DNA of 64,000 bases from Chromatiales bacterium. Lineage in GTDB: Bacteria > Pseudomonadota > Gammaproteobacteria > JAGRGH01. A program made the translations under genes and the position numbers. Shown one piece after another: positions 38,240 through 49,581 of this stretch. The notes under the pieces were generated by a model, which did not search any database, was not told the DNA's origin, and saw nothing but the letters and a program-made list of their open reading frames with translations. The stretch spans positions 69,465 through 133,464 of the forward strand of contig JAGRGH010000006.1 of NCBI GenBank assembly GCA_020445605.1, written 5' to 3'. How positions within the stretch are numbered: the stretch's first letter is position 1; every line of letters starts with the position of its first letter.

Positions 38240-38821
38240 CTAAATCGTGCGGTGCTGCCGCACCGCCACGACACCCAGGGCGAAGATCAACAGTGCCAGG
38301 CCGAACAAGGCGCCTGACGAGGATGCAGGCACCGCGGCACAATCATCCCCCGCGGCGGGTTCAATGCGGATGGACATGCCCCCGGAGTTGTCCCCCTCCT
38401 CACCGGGCGTTTCACCCGACAGGAACACCGCTACGTCCTGATCGTATGGCACACAGAACGTGCCGGACTGTGCGGCGTTCAGCGCCTGCTGCGGAGTCGC
38501 AAAGCTGATGGCGGAACGAAACCTCCGCTCGCCCGCGCTGGTTCGCACCGTGAAGTCGTTCAGCCAGCCGTGCGCGCAGTTTTCGCCACTGCCGTCACAG
38601 CCGGTGGGCGTGTCGCCCCACTTGGTCCACGCCTGGTAGGTTCCGTCAAACGGAGTCGCCGTATAGGCACCCCGCGTCAGTCCAATGATGATCACCGGCG
38701 CCGATACGATGTGGACCGTACCGACGAGATCAACATCGATCGCGCGGGCGCCGGTCGGAATTGCAATCAGTACGGCGAACACCACCCAGACACGTGGATG
38801 GAAAAGTTTCAGGATCGACAT
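38240..38821 (-). CDS. secreted protein with PEP-CTERM-like C-terminal sorting signal (variant motif VPA)
   Basis: Trimmed to MSILKLFHPRVWVVFAVLIAIPTGARA (signal peptide; RBS ggaaggg); C-terminus …AVPASSSGALFGLALLIFALGVVAVRQHRTI = short motif + TM helix + basic cluster, the architecture of exosortase/PEP-CTERM-type anchors. Confidence 0.5.
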   Translation of the reverse strand: MSILKLFHPRVWVVFAVLIAIPTGARAIDVDLVGTVHIVSAPVIIIGLTRGAYTATPFDGTYQAWTKWGDTPTGCDGSGENCAHGWLNDFTVRTSAGERRFRSAISFATPQQALNAAQSGTFCVPYDQDVAVFLSGETPGEEGDNSGGMSIRIEPAAGDDCAAVPASSSGALFGLALLIFALGVVAVRQHRTI

Positions 38822-39168
38822 GCTTGCCCTTCCAGCAGTCGCATCTTTCGCGTGAACGGATTTATTGTTACCGAATCCAGCCATCGCGGCAGTTCAGAGC
38901 GTGCCGGAAATCTGAGGTGTGATCTCCGGACACTCGCCTGCGCCGCCACAATCTGCCTACTGGCGCTCGCGCCGCCCAACTGACGGCGGTCGGACCGTAA
39001 CACGACCCGCTTTGAGGGATCAAATCTCGATGTCAGCGCAGGGAGCTTGGCCCGGGCTGTTGAACGAACTACCAGCTACACCGCGACCCGGGTGATTCGA
39101 CCGCGGTGGAAAGCAAGGGAAACAATGGGGGCACGCGCAGCACGAATCTCGTGGCGCGCGGGAGCAGG

Positions 39169-39645
39169 CTAGAACGGTACGTCGTCGTCCGGGTCGTCTC
39201 CGAAGCCACCGCCTGCGGGTCCGCCGCCATAGTTGTCCGAACCACCGCCGCGCGAGCCGCCACCGGAGCGGCCGGCACCGCCGCCACCCCCGAAGCCTTC
39301 ACCGCCACCGCGGCCGTCGAGCATCTGCATGTCGTTGGCGACGATCTCGGTGGTGTATTGATCCTGACCCTCCTTGTTCTGCCATTTGCGGGTCTGTATC
39401 CGTCCCTCGACATAGATCTTGGCGCCCTTCTTCAGATATTCACCAGCGATCTCGCCCAGCCGTCCGAACATCACCACGCGGTGCCATTCCGTACGCTCCT
39501 GCGATTCGCCGGTGTTCTTGTCCTTCCACTGTTCGCTGGTCGCCAGGCGCAGGTTCGCGACCGCGCCGCCGCTCGGCATGTAACGGACCTCGGGGTCCGC
39601 GCCAAGATTGCCGATCAGAATGACCTTGTTGATGCCTCTAGCCAT
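39169..39645 (-). CDS. ssb: single-stranded DNA-binding protein
   Basis: [38 protein letters not shown]…; Gly-rich linker; acidic C-terminal tail DDDVPF. Confidence 0.95.
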   Translation of the reverse strand: MARGINKVILIGNLGADPEVRYMPSGGAVANLRLATSEQWKDKNTGESQERTEWHRVVMFGRLGEIAGEYLKKGAKIYVEGRIQTRKWQNKEGQDQYTTEIVANDMQMLDGRGGGEGFGGGGGAGRSGGGSRGGGSDNYGGGPAGGGFGDDPDDDVPF

Positions 39646-39692
39646 GGCCGCCTCTGGTAACTGATTGATTATTTGAAGAAAGCACGGGGATT

Positions 39693-40907
39693 CTACGCGC
39701 CGCCCCGGGAGAATTCATCCGCGACCGACGAGCCCGAGACCGTCTCGGCCCGGCGCGCAGGCACCCGCATGCCGGTCGCGACCACGGCCCAGACCGCCGC
39801 CATGCCGGCCAGCATGAGAAACACGGCGTCGATGCCGTAGTGCTGGTGCAGCCAGCCACCGAACGTCCCGCCCGCGAACGCGCCGAAGAACTGCGAACTC
39901 GAATAGACCCCGAGTGCCGCGCCCTTGCGCGCGGCGGGGGCCAGACGCGAAACCAGCGAGGGCAGCGTCGCCTCGAGCAGGTTGAAGGCGGCGAAGAACG
40001 GCACCAGCACGACAACGACCGACCACAGCGCCCGCGGCCCCTGCGCCAGCAGCAGATTCGCCGCGGCCAGCACGGCGACCGCCCCGATGAACGCCAGCCG
40101 GGTCCGCTGGTGCCGTTCGGCGCTGATCAGCACCGGCACCATGACGGCGATCGCCGCGATCATCACGCCGAGATACAGCCAGGTGTGGTGGATCAGCGGA
40201 ATTTGCAGACGATCGACCAGCACCAGCGGAAACACGACAAACATCGCAGTGAGCATCATGTGCAGCACGAACACGCCGAAATCCAGGCGCAGCAGCTGGG
40301 CATCCAGCAGCACATCGCGAAACCGGGTCGCCGCCGCCGGCGCCGCCGGGGCCTGTGGGCGCGGGACGAAGCCGAATAGCAGCCCGATTGCGGCAATTGC
40401 CAGACAAGCGGTGAGCAGGAAGATGCCGGGCACGCCGATCAGGGAATCCAGCGCCGGACCGAGCATCAGCGCCGCCATGAAGGCCACCCCGATGCCACCA
40501 CCGATCACGGCCATGACCTTGGAGCGCTGCGACTCGCGCGACAGATCGGCCGCGAGCGCCATGATCGCCGCGGCGATCGCACCGGTGCCCTGCAGGGCGC
40601 GCCCGGCGATGACCGTCCAGATGGAGTCGCCGACCGCGGCGAGCAGGCTGCCGGCGGCAAACAGGAGCAGCCCGACGGCGATTACCGGCTTGCGCCCGAA
40701 ACGGTCGGACAGCCAGCCGAACGGGATCTGCAATGCGGCCTGCGTCAGCCCGTAGGCGCCGATCGCGAGCCCAGCGAGGGCCGGACTGAAGCCGTCGAGG
40801 CCGCGCGCATAGACCGCGAACACCGGCAGGATCAGGAACAGCCCGAGCATCCGCGTCGCGAAGATCGCCGCCAGCCCGAACGCGGCACGGCGCTCGGCGG
40901 GGGCCAT
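39693..40907 (-). CDS. MFS transporter
   Basis: ORF 39693..41198 trimmed to [11 protein letters not shown] (the longer ORF would overlap uvrA); 12 TM; MFS motif [11 protein letters not shown]. Confidence 0.8.
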   Translation of the reverse strand: MAPAERRAAFGLAAIFATRMLGLFLILPVFAVYARGLDGFSPALAGLAIGAYGLTQAALQIPFGWLSDRFGRKPVIAVGLLLFAAGSLLAAVGDSIWTVIAGRALQGTGAIAAAIMALAADLSRESQRSKVMAVIGGGIGVAFMAALMLGPALDSLIGVPGIFLLTACLAIAAIGLLFGFVPRPQAPAAPAAATRFRDVLLDAQLLRLDFGVFVLHMMLTAMFVVFPLVLVDRLQIPLIHHTWLYLGVMIAAIAVMVPVLISAERHQRTRLAFIGAVAVLAAANLLLAQGPRALWSVVVVLVPFFAAFNLLEATLPSLVSRLAPAARKGAALGVYSSSQFFGAFAGGTFGGWLHQHYGIDAVFLMLAGMAAVWAVVATGMRVPARRAETVSGSSVADEFSRGGA

Positions 40908-41064
40908 CGGGTCGCGGGAGTGTCTGTTTTGGGCCAAGGGTTTGGGCGGCGGGCGGTTCGCGTTTGGAAACAGCGCGGCCGGTGCACCACGCCATGCACA
41001 GGCGGGCACCTGCCGCGCCGGGCCGCGTATAGTAACAGGTTGCCCAAAGCCGGATTCCGCCCCG

Positions 41065-43908
41065 ATGGACTCGATCCGCATCCGTGGAGCGCGCACGCAC
41101 AACCTGCGCGACATTGACCTGGACCTGCCCCGCGACCGGCTGATTGTCGTGACCGGGCTGTCGGGCTCGGGCAAGTCCTCGCTCGCATTCGACACCATCT
41201 ACGCCGAGGGCCAGCGCCGCTATGTGGAGTCGCTGTCGGCCTACGCGCGGCAGTTTCTGGCGCGCATGGAGCGCCCGGACGTCGACCTGATCGAAGGCCT
41301 GTCGCCGGCCATCTCCATCGAACAGAAGGCCGCCTCGCACAATCCGCGCTCGACCGTCGGCACCATCACCGAGATCCACGACTACCTGCGCCTGCTGTTC
41401 GCGCGCGTGGGCACCCCGCACTGCCCCGAACATCATCAGCCGCTGGTCGCGCAGACCGTCAGCCAGATGGTCGACACCGTGCTGTCCTGCCCCGAAGACG
41501 CGCGCATCGTCGTGCTCGCGCCGTTGGTCGCCGAGCGCAAGGGCGAACACCAGCGCGTGTTCGAGGAACTGCGCGCCCAAGGTTTCGTGCGGGTGCGGAT
41601 CGACGGCGATATCCATGACCTGGACGAAGTCCCGCCGCTCGATCCGGCCCGGACGCACACGATCGAGGCCGTGGTCGATCGCCTGCGCGTACGCGCGGAC
41701 CAGGGCCTGCGGCTCGCCGAGTCGTTCGAGGCGGCGTTGAAACTGGGCGCCGGCGTCGCGCGTGTTGAATCGCTCGACGACGGCGGTCGGGCGCCGCTGG
41801 TGTTCTCGGAACGCTACGCCTGCCCGCAGTGCGGCTTCGCGCTCGCGGAACTCGAACCGCGACTGTTCTCGTTCAACAGTCCCGTGGGCGCCTGTCCGCG
41901 CTGTGACGGCCTGGGCAGCGAACAGTTTTTTGATCCGGAACGCGTCGTGCGCCACCCGGAACTCAGCCTCGCCGCCGGCGCCGTGCGGGGCTGGGACAAA
42001 CGCAACGCCTACTACTATCAGCTGCTGCGGGCACTCGCCGCGCATTACGGCTTCGACATCGAAACGCCCTGGAACGAACTGCCCGAGGCCGTGCGCACAG
42101 CCGTCCTGCATGGCAGCGGCGCGGAGAGCATTCGCTTCGAATACATCGGCGAACGCAATCCGCGCAGCCATCCGTTCGAGGGCGTCATCCCGAACCTGGA
42201 ACGCCGTTATCGCGAGACCGAATCACAGGCCGTACGCGAAGAAATCGCGCGCTTTCAGTCCCAGCGTCCATGCCCGGAATGCAACGGCACGCGACTGAAC
42301 CGCGGTGCCGGTGCCGTGCGCCTGGGTGGGCGGTCACTGCCCGCGGTCGAGGACATGACGATTGCCGAAGCACTGGAGTTCTTTGATGCGCTGAAGCTCG
42401 TCGGCCAGCGCGCTGAAATCGCCGACAAGATCCTGAGCGAGACACAGCAGCGCCTGCGCTTTCTCGTCAACGTCGGGCTGAACTACCTGACGCTGGCACG
42501 CTCGGCCGACACGCTTTCGGGCGGCGAGGCACAGCGCATCCGGCTGGCGAGCCAGATCGGCGCCGGGCTGGTCGGCGTGATGTATGTGCTCGACGAACCT
42601 TCCATCGGACTGCACCAGCGCGACAATGCACGCCTGATCGCAACACTCACGGAACTGCGGGACATCGGCAACACCGTCATCGTTGTGGAACACGACGAAG
42701 CCGCCATCCGCGCCGCGGATCACGTCGTGGACATCGGTCCCGGCGCGGGCCGCCATGGCGGACGCATCATCGCCAGCGGTCCACCCGCGGTGATCGAGGC
42801 GAACCGCGAATCGCTGACCGGCGCGTATCTCTCGGGCCGGCTGGCGATCGAGGTTCCGGCCAGGCGCAACCAGCCGGATCCGGAACGCTGGCTGCGCATC
42901 CGCGGCGCGCGCGGCAACAACCTGCAAAACGTCGATGCCGCGCTTCCGTTGGGCCTGCTGAGCTGCGTGACGGGTGTCTCCGGATCCGGCAAATCCACGC
43001 TGGTCAACGACACGCTGTATGCGGTCGCGGCACGCGATCTGAACGGCGCCTCCACGCAGCCGGCACCGCACGATGGCATCGACGGACTGGACCAGTTCGA
43101 CCATGTCGTCGCAATCGACCAGTCGCCGATCGGCCGCACGCCGCGCTCGAACCCGGCGACGTATACGGGCCTGTTCGCGCCGATCCGCGAACTGTTCGCC
43201 GCCGTGCCCGAGGCACGCTCGCGCGGGTATCGCTCCGGGCGCTTCAGCTTCAACGTCAAGGGCGGGCGCTGCGAGGCCTGCCAGGGCGACGGAATGATCC
43301 GCGTGGAGATGCATTTCCTGCCCGACGTGTATGTGCGCTGCGATGTCTGCGAAGGCCGTCGCTACAACCGCGAAACCCTGCAGATTCGCTACCAGGGCCT
43401 GAACATTCACGAGGTGTTGTCGCTGACGGTCGAAGACGCCGCGCGCCGTTTCGCGCAGATACCGGTGCTCGCGCGCAAGCTTGAGACCCTGCTCGACGTC
43501 GGCCTCGGCTACGTCACGCTCGGTCAGAGCGCGACAACGCTTTCAGGCGGTGAGGCACAGCGGGTAAAACTCGCAAAGGAACTTTCGCGCCGCGACACCG
43601 GGCGCAACCTGTACATCCTCGACGAACCCACGACCGGCCTGCACTTCCATGACGTGCAGCAGCTGCTGAGCGTGCTTGCGCGTCTGCGTGATCACGGCAA
43701 CACCGTCGTCGTGATCGAACACAACCTCGATGTCGTCAAGACCGCGGACTGGGTCATCGATCTTGGCCCGGAAGGCGGGGCCGGCGGCGGGCGCGTGATC
43801 GCGTCCGGCACTCCGGAGGCCATTGCCGCCGCCACTGACTCTCATACCGGTCGATACCTCGCCGAACTGCTTGAACCGGCGCCAGCCGCAAAGGTGAAAC
43901 ACGCATGA
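41065..43908 (+). CDS. uvrA: excinuclease ABC subunit A
   Basis: 947 aa; two ABC modules ([10 protein letters not shown] / [10 protein letters not shown]), zinc-finger Cys clusters, LSGGEAQR signatures; N-terminus [15 protein letters not shown]. Confidence 0.97.
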   Translation: MDSIRIRGARTHNLRDIDLDLPRDRLIVVTGLSGSGKSSLAFDTIYAEGQRRYVESLSAYARQFLARMERPDVDLIEGLSPAISIEQKAASHNPRSTVGTITEIHDYLRLLFARVGTPHCPEHHQPLVAQTVSQMVDTVLSCPEDARIVVLAPLVAERKGEHQRVFEELRAQGFVRVRIDGDIHDLDEVPPLDPARTHTIEAVVDRLRVRADQGLRLAESFEAALKLGAGVARVESLDDGGRAPLVFSERYACPQCGFALAELEPRLFSFNSPVGACPRCDGLGSEQFFDPERVVRHPELSLAAGAVRGWDKRNAYYYQLLRALAAHYGFDIETPWNELPEAVRTAVLHGSGAESIRFEYIGERNPRSHPFEGVIPNLERRYRETESQAVREEIARFQSQRPCPECNGTRLNRGAGAVRLGGRSLPAVEDMTIAEALEFFDALKLVGQRAEIADKILSETQQRLRFLVNVGLNYLTLARSADTLSGGEAQRIRLASQIGAGLVGVMYVLDEPSIGLHQRDNARLIATLTELRDIGNTVIVVEHDEAAIRAADHVVDIGPGAGRHGGRIIASGPPAVIEANRESLTGAYLSGRLAIEVPARRNQPDPERWLRIRGARGNNLQNVDAALPLGLLSCVTGVSGSGKSTLVNDTLYAVAARDLNGASTQPAPHDGIDGLDQFDHVVAIDQSPIGRTPRSNPATYTGLFAPIRELFAAVPEARSRGYRSGRFSFNVKGGRCEACQGDGMIRVEMHFLPDVYVRCDVCEGRRYNRETLQIRYQGLNIHEVLSLTVEDAARRFAQIPVLARKLETLLDVGLGYVTLGQSATTLSGGEAQRVKLAKELSRRDTGRNLYILDEPTTGLHFHDVQQLLSVLARLRDHGNTVVVIEHNLDVVKTADWVIDLGPEGGAGGGRVIASGTPEAIAAATDSHTGRYLAELLEPAPAAKVKHA

Positions 43909-44597
43909 CCAAGATCCTATTCGTCATCGTTCTGGTGGCCATCGTCGCGTTCGCGCTCTGGCATCAGAGCCGGCACCGGGACGCTCTGGCCGGCGCGGCA
44001 AGCGCGCTCGGCCTGCCATTTGAGCGCGGCGAGCAGGCGTTGCCGGCGACTGTCGCCAGCGCCGGTTTCCACCTGTTCACACAGGGCGACGCGCGCATCT
44101 CCAACCGCATGTACGGCAGACGCGACGGACACGAAATCGAGGTGTTCGAGTACGGCTATCTCGCCGCGCTGGGTCAGGAGGGGGAGCCGGGCGAACCTTC
44201 GCGCAAGGTCGACGACGCCAACATCCGCGACCGGCGACAGACCGTGATCTGGATCCGTACGCCGGGCCAGCGGCTGGCGGATTTCGACATCGCCCCGGCC
44301 GACAGTGCGATACGCTCAGTCACTGAGCGCACCGGGCTGCAACTGGTCACGCTCGACGACGCGCAGGACTTCAACGCCGCGTTCCGTGTGCATGCCCGGG
44401 ATGCGGATCGCATACGCGCCCTGCTGACACCTGAACTGCGAGAGTCATTGATGCAACGTCCGCGCCGCGTGATTGAATCTCGCGGTGATGCCGTTCTGAT
44501 CTTCGCGCCCGAGGTCGTCCTGGACCCCGACCGACTCAACAGCGCGATCAATGACAGCCTGTCCACCGTGTCGGGGTTTCAACGACCAGCGAACTAA
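43905..44597 (+). CDS. hypothetical membrane-anchored protein
   Basis: ATG overlaps uvrA stop (ATGA); 230 aa; N-terminal [21 protein letters not shown]. Confidence 0.5.
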   Translation: MTKILFVIVLVAIVAFALWHQSRHRDALAGAASALGLPFERGEQALPATVASAGFHLFTQGDARISNRMYGRRDGHEIEVFEYGYLAALGQEGEPGEPSRKVDDANIRDRRQTVIWIRTPGQRLADFDIAPADSAIRSVTERTGLQLVTLDDAQDFNAAFRVHARDADRIRALLTPELRESLMQRPRRVIESRGDAVLIFAPEVVLDPDRLNSAINDSLSTVSGFQRPAN

Positions 44598-44615
44598 GCA
44601 AGCGCAACGACAACA

Positions 44616-45701
44616 TCAATTCGACTGTGAACGGGGCAAGACCGCCTCGGTGAGATAGCGGGCCAGCAGCGCGTGCCCTTCCACGGACAGGTGCATTGGA
44701 TCATGGCTCAGGAAGTAGTCGGCCGGATTGCCGCCGGCGTTCTGAAACGCACCCGCCGCATCGTGGGCCTCGATGCCTGCAAGTCGCATCTGTTCCGTCA
44801 GAAACCGCTGCGGCAACCAGACCGCTGAATCACGCGAGCGCAGCTGCGCCTCGTAGGGCGTGATCACGATCGTCAAGGGGATGCCCTTCGACATCAGCTC
44901 GCGTTCGACACTACGCAGGTCGTCGATCACCGAAGCGAGACGTTCCTTGCCATCGAGGTAGGGTTCGAAGTCGGCCTTGAAATAGCGCCCGCTGGTGTCG
45001 GTGACCAGCGCGCGAACCAGTACGTAGAGCTTCGAGCGATCCGCAAGAAACCGGTTCGCGCGCTCGATGAATCCAATGCGCCGCAGTGTCTCAACCCAAT
45101 TGTCGCCGGCGGCCGCCGGCCGCGATTCGAGCACTGGCGGTGCCTGCCCGGCATCGCGCGCAGCGAGACGGGCGTTGATCTCGACTGACGACTCCCGATG
45201 TACGTCATTGAGACAGAACACCAGAAGTACCTGATCGAATTGCGACCGGCTGAGGTCGACATGGCGAACGAAGTTCAGATAGTCGTAGGTTGAATAACCG
45301 ATCACCGCGGCGTTTTCGACACCGCGCCCGAGCATCGAGCGCAACAGGGCGGCGAACGTCTCTGATTCGGCCACGCCCGGCCCGAACGCGACGGAGTCTC
45401 CGAGTACCAGCAGCGAAGGGGCCGGATATAACGCGGCGCGATAGGAACCAGAAGCATCGTCCAGCGCGGTCCGAAACCCCCGCGTGTCCGTCTGGACAGG
45501 GATCCCGAAGGCCTCGCCGCGAAAATCCTTCGCGTTACCGAAGCTGGATCCATGCACGTTGGGCACGAACAGTGCCTCGCTCGTGGCCTGGCTGGGCACT
45601 TGCGAAAAAACCCGTGCCGCAATCTCGCCCACGGCCAGAAGGACGCTGACACCAACGGTCACCGACACGAGATTCTTGAGCCAGGTCAGCAGGCGGTGCA
45701 T
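44616..45701 (-). CDS. SGNH/GDSL-family hydrolase, N-terminal TM (paralogue of 33401-34426)
   Basis: Trimmed to MHRLLTWLKNL…; block I LLVLGDSVAFG; C-terminal FLSHDPMHLSVEGH mirrors HFAHDPHWTADGH of the paralogue. Confidence 0.6.
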   Translation of the reverse strand: MHRLLTWLKNLVSVTVGVSVLLAVGEIAARVFSQVPSQATSEALFVPNVHGSSFGNAKDFRGEAFGIPVQTDTRGFRTALDDASGSYRAALYPAPSLLVLGDSVAFGPGVAESETFAALLRSMLGRGVENAAVIGYSTYDYLNFVRHVDLSRSQFDQVLLVFCLNDVHRESSVEINARLAARDAGQAPPVLESRPAAAGDNWVETLRRIGFIERANRFLADRSKLYVLVRALVTDTSGRYFKADFEPYLDGKERLASVIDDLRSVERELMSKGIPLTIVITPYEAQLRSRDSAVWLPQRFLTEQMRLAGIEAHDAAGAFQNAGGNPADYFLSHDPMHLSVEGHALLARYLTEAVLPRSQSN

Positions 45702-45869
45702 CGGTGAGAGCGGCGGGAAAACCGGATGAAGCGGGAGGCGAAGCTGCCAAAATCCGCGGGGATTGTAACCCGTTGATCCGGGCGCACGGTGAACGAGCCA
45801 AACCACTCCGTCGCCTGACGGGCTGTTAGAGCAAGGCCGGAACGTCTCGCCGGCAAATCGAATACCCAG

Positions 45870-45967
45870 GTGTTTGATTTTCGCGAGCGACCGAAAACCG
45901 CACTCTTCAGTTGCGATGTTGAAAAGGCCATAGAGAGGCCTGTTTCAACCACCTGCCAAACATCCGG
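45870..45967 (-). repeat. extragenic repeat family B, full copy (B1)
   Basis: gtgtttgattttcgcgagcgaccgaaaaccgcactcttcagttgcgatGTTGAAAaggccatagagaggcctgTTTCAACcacctgccaaac; reverse-complement matches 54868-54960 nearly base for base. Confidence 0.5.
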
Positions 45968-46070
45968 CCCGGTCTGTCACACAAACAAAAACGCCACGTA
46001 CGCAGGACGTACGTGGCGTCGTCAAGCGGTCCGGGGACAAATCCCCGGCCACTCGGATCACGCGCGGGAA

Positions 46071-46334
46071 CTAGCCGTCGCCGCCGCCGGCACTCTTGTC
46101 CTGGCCCACGGGCCAGATGTTTGGCATGTCTTTCAGGCATTGGGTGATGTAGGCCGCCTGGTCGGCGGCACCGCTTGCCGGCGCCCAAGCCTGACACTGA
46201 CGCTGATAGTACGCGACAACGCGCGCGTCCGATTCGTCGACTGCGCCGGGGGGCGAAGCATCCCCGGCATAGGCGCCGCTCGTCACCGCGCCCAGCGCGG
46301 AAACCAACAACAAACCTGACAGTCTCTTATACAT
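46071..46334 (-). CDS. hypothetical small secreted protein
   Basis: Trimmed to MYKRLSGLLLVSALGAVTSGAYA (signal peptide); 87 aa, 2 Cys. Confidence 0.4.
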   Translation of the reverse strand: MYKRLSGLLLVSALGAVTSGAYAGDASPPGAVDESDARVVAYYQRQCQAWAPASGAADQAAYITQCLKDMPNIWPVGQDKSAGGGDG

Positions 46335-46570
46335 ACAAGTGAAGAACTCCAATTCGAGCAGGCGCACAATTGCGCGCAGTAAATGCTCCGCTCGTGCAAT
46401 ACGCTCCGCAAGCAGATTCCATTTATCCCCCCGGTCCGCGGGGCGCCCGATCGAGCCGCTTTATGGAGTTCGGCAAGAACCACCTCAGCCAAAACCCGGC
46501 TATTCTCTGTCCGACGGGGCTCACACCCGGGGGTGCGTGCGGATTCATCCCCGTTTCACGCGCCCCAGGC

Positions 46571-46596
46571 TCAGCATTACCACCGACAATGCTGAA
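46571..46596. promoter_or_regulatory. 8-bp perfect inverted repeat TCAGCATT-N9-AATGCTGA upstream of prpE (candidate operator)
   Basis: Seen directly in the sequence, ~180 nt upstream of the prpE TTG start. Confidence 0.3.
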
Positions 46597-46774
46597 TCTT
46601 GAACGATGCAATTTCCTTAATGATGGCCACTTAGGCTACCGTCAGGGTTCGAACATCCGTCGGCGGTAATCGCCTGCGCGCACGGTACGGGCTTTGCCGC
46701 CGGCGCAACGACAACAAGACCCGACCCGCCCCGCGGGATCGCGAAACCTGCGAGCGACGAGGAGGAACGCCGAA

Positions 46775-48679
46775 TTGACCACCTACGCGGAGCTGTATCG
46801 GCAATCGCTGGACGACCCGGACGCGTTCTGGGGCCAGGCGGCGGATGCGATCGACTGGTCGACGCCGCCAACGCGGGTGCTGGACGCCGGCGCGCGCCCG
46901 GCCGCGCGCTGGTTCGGCGGTGGTCGGCTGAACTCCTGCCGCAACGCGCTGGACCGTCACGTCGACGCCGGCTGCGGTGATCGCGCGGCGCTGATCTACG
47001 ACTCCCCGGTCACCGCCCAAAAGCGGCGCTACAGCTACGCCGAACTGCGCGATGCCGTCGCGAAAGTGGCCGGCGCCCTGCACGATCTCGGCGTGCGGCG
47101 CGGCGACCGCGTGATCCTCTACATGCCGATGATTCCCGAGGCCGTGATGGCCATGCTCGCCTGTGCGCGCATCGGCGCGATCCACTCGGTGGTATTTGGG
47201 GGCTTCGCATCGAACGAACTCGCCACACGCATCGACGACGCGAAGCCGAAACTGATCATCGCGGCATCCTGCGGTATCGAACCGGGGCGCGTGGTCGAGT
47301 ACAAACCACTGCTCGACGCCGCCATCGACATGGCCCGCCACAAGCCCGACCACTGCCTTGTTTACCAGCGCGAACAGGCCAGCGCCGCGATGACACCCGG
47401 GCGCGACCGCGACTGGCTGGAGACCGTCGAAAACGCCGAACCGCAGCCCTGCGTGGAGGTCGAGGCGACCGACCCGCTGTACATCCTGTACACCTCGGGC
47501 ACCACCGGTCAGCCGAAAGGCGTGGTGCGCGACAACGGCGGTCATGCCGTCGCGATGACCTGGTCGATGCGCAACATCTACGACATCGGGCCCGGCGACG
47601 TGTTCTGGGCCGCCTCCGACGTCGGCTGGGTCGTCGGCCACAGCTACATCGTCTATGCGCCGCTGCTCACCGGCGCGACAACCCTACTCTACGAGGGCAA
47701 GCCGGTCGGCACGCCGGACGCCGGTGCGTTCTGGCGGGTCATCTCCGAATACGGCGTAAAGGCGCTGTTCACGGCGCCGACCGCGTTTCGCGCCATCAAG
47801 AAGGTGGATCCGAACGGCGAGTTCATCGGCCGCCATGACCTCGCCTGCATGCAGGCGCTGTTTCTGGCCGGCGAACGCTGCGATCCGGACACCCTGTTCT
47901 GGGCGCGCGACAAACTCGGCGTGCCGGTGGTCGATCACTGGTGGCAGACCGAGACCGGCTGGGCCATCGCGGCGAATCCGCTCGGGCTCGAACCGCATGA
48001 GCTCAAGCCCGGCTCGCCGAGCATCGCGATGCCCGGCTACGACGTTCAGGTGCTCGACGAGGAGACCGGCAAACCGGTCGCCGACGGCAACATGGGCAGC
48101 ATCGTGCTGAAACTGCCGATGCCGCCCGGCTGCCTGCCGACGCTGTGGAACAACGACGGGCGTTTCATCGACGCCTATCTGAAACGCTTCCCCGGGTACT
48201 ACCTGACGGGAGATGCCGGCTTTCGCGACAGCGACGGCTACCTGTGGATCATGAGCCGCACCGACGACGTGATCAACGTCGCCGGCCATCGCCTTTCGAC
48301 CGGGCAGATGGAAGAAGTCCTCGCCGGCCATCCGGCCGTCGCCGAATGCGCGGTGATCGGCGTGCAGGACCCGCTCAAGGGCCAGCTGCCGCTCGGACTC
48401 GTCGTGCTGCGCGCCGGGGTCGACCGGCCGGAGGCCGACGTCGTCAGGGAACTCGTCAAGCGCGTGCGCGACCAGATCGGACCGGTGGCTGCGTTCAAAC
48501 TCGCAACCGTCGTCTCAAGACTGCCCAAGACACGTTCGGGAAAGATCCTGCGCGGCACCATGGCGAAGATCGCCGACGGCGAAGCATGGAAGATGCCGGC
48601 CACCATCGACGATCCGGCCATTCTCGATGAAATCACCGCGGCGCTGAAGGGCCTCGGTTACGCAACGGGGAATACATGA
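46775..48679 (+). CDS. prpE: propionate--CoA ligase (propionyl-CoA synthetase)
   Basis: TTG start 8 nt downstream of GGAGGA; aligns end to end with enterobacterial PrpE (…[11 protein letters not shown]…, [38 protein letters not shown]). Confidence 0.9.
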   Translation: MTTYAELYRQSLDDPDAFWGQAADAIDWSTPPTRVLDAGARPAARWFGGGRLNSCRNALDRHVDAGCGDRAALIYDSPVTAQKRRYSYAELRDAVAKVAGALHDLGVRRGDRVILYMPMIPEAVMAMLACARIGAIHSVVFGGFASNELATRIDDAKPKLIIAASCGIEPGRVVEYKPLLDAAIDMARHKPDHCLVYQREQASAAMTPGRDRDWLETVENAEPQPCVEVEATDPLYILYTSGTTGQPKGVVRDNGGHAVAMTWSMRNIYDIGPGDVFWAASDVGWVVGHSYIVYAPLLTGATTLLYEGKPVGTPDAGAFWRVISEYGVKALFTAPTAFRAIKKVDPNGEFIGRHDLACMQALFLAGERCDPDTLFWARDKLGVPVVDHWWQTETGWAIAANPLGLEPHELKPGSPSIAMPGYDVQVLDEETGKPVADGNMGSIVLKLPMPPGCLPTLWNNDGRFIDAYLKRFPGYYLTGDAGFRDSDGYLWIMSRTDDVINVAGHRLSTGQMEEVLAGHPAVAECAVIGVQDPLKGQLPLGLVVLRAGVDRPEADVVRELVKRVRDQIGPVAAFKLATVVSRLPKTRSGKILRGTMAKIADGEAWKMPATIDDPAILDEITAALKGLGYATGNT

Positions 48680-49569
48680 ACCATTCCATGCCCAGTCCGG
48701 GCGCGCGACTGCGCGCGGCCCTGCGCGATGAAAGTCCCCTGCAGTGCGTCGGCGCGATCAACGCCTACCACGCACGGCTCGCCGAGGCCAGCGGATTCCG
48801 CTCCCTGTACATCTCCGGCGGCGGTGTCGCAGCCGGCTCGCGCGGCATCCCGGATCTCGGCATCACGACCATGAACGACGTGCTGGTCGATCTCGAACGC
48901 ATCACCGCCGTGACCGACCTGCCGGTGCTGGTCGACATCGATACCGGCTGGGGCGGCGCGTTCAACATCGCGCGCGCGATCCGTTCGATGATCCGCTGTG
49001 GTGCGGCGGCCGTGCATATCGAGGATCAGGTTCAGCAGAAGCGCTGCGGACATCGTCCGAACAAGGTCATCGTCGCGCAGTCGGAAATGGTCGACCGCAT
49101 CAAGGCCGCGGTCGACGCGAAGACCGATCCGGACTTCGTGATCATGGCCCGGACGGACGCGCTCGCCAGCGATGGGCTCGAAGCAGCGATCGAACGCGCC
49201 CGTGCCTGCGTGGAGGCCGGCGCCGACATGATCTTCCCCGAAGCCGTCACGACACTCGACGAATACCGCGCGTTCACCAACGCCGTCGGTGTTCCGGTGC
49301 TGGCGAACATCACGGAGTTCGGTTCGACGCCGTTGTTTACGGTCGAGGAACTAGCGTCGGCCGGTGTCGGCATCGCGCTGTATCCGCTGTCGGCTTTTCG
49401 CGCGGCAAATGCCGCCGCGCTGAACGTCTATCGCACGCTGCGCGCCGAGGGTACGCAGAAAGAGGTGATCCAGACCATGCAGACTCGCGCCGAGCTGTAT
49501 GACTTCCTCGATTATCACGCCTATGAACAGAAGCTCGATGCGCTGTTCGCAGGCTCTGACGAAGACTGA
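48676..49569 (+). CDS. prpB: 2-methylisocitrate lyase
   Basis: ATGA overlap with prpE; [39 protein letters not shown] blocks; 297 aa. Confidence 0.9.
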   Translation: MNHSMPSPGARLRAALRDESPLQCVGAINAYHARLAEASGFRSLYISGGGVAAGSRGIPDLGITTMNDVLVDLERITAVTDLPVLVDIDTGWGGAFNIARAIRSMIRCGAAAVHIEDQVQQKRCGHRPNKVIVAQSEMVDRIKAAVDAKTDPDFVIMARTDALASDGLEAAIERARACVEAGADMIFPEAVTTLDEYRAFTNAVGVPVLANITEFGSTPLFTVEELASAGVGIALYPLSAFRAANAAALNVYRTLRAEGTQKEVIQTMQTRAELYDFLDYHAYEQKLDALFAGSDED

Positions 49570-49581
49570 GAGAGAAACACC

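Noticed and set aside
40908-41064. Search for a LexA/SOS box between the MFS-ssb operon and uvrA
   Set aside because: No CTGT-N8-ACAG or TTAG-N6-TACTA-type palindrome identified. Cannot support an SOS box call.
39715-42171. 818-aa minus-strand ORF spanning the MFS/uvrA region
   Set aside because: Antisense to uvrA and out of frame with the MFS gene; Arg/Gly/Ala-rich; uvrA and MFS calls are far better supported.
46423-46611. Small ORFs in the prpE leader
   Set aside because: Overlapping ORFs of 60-100 codons with no RBS or motifs in a region better explained as regulatory leader.
46640-46660. GGTTCGAAC resembling a tRNA T-loop
   Set aside because: No flanking complementary T-stem, acceptor stem or anticodon arm could be built; no tRNA called.
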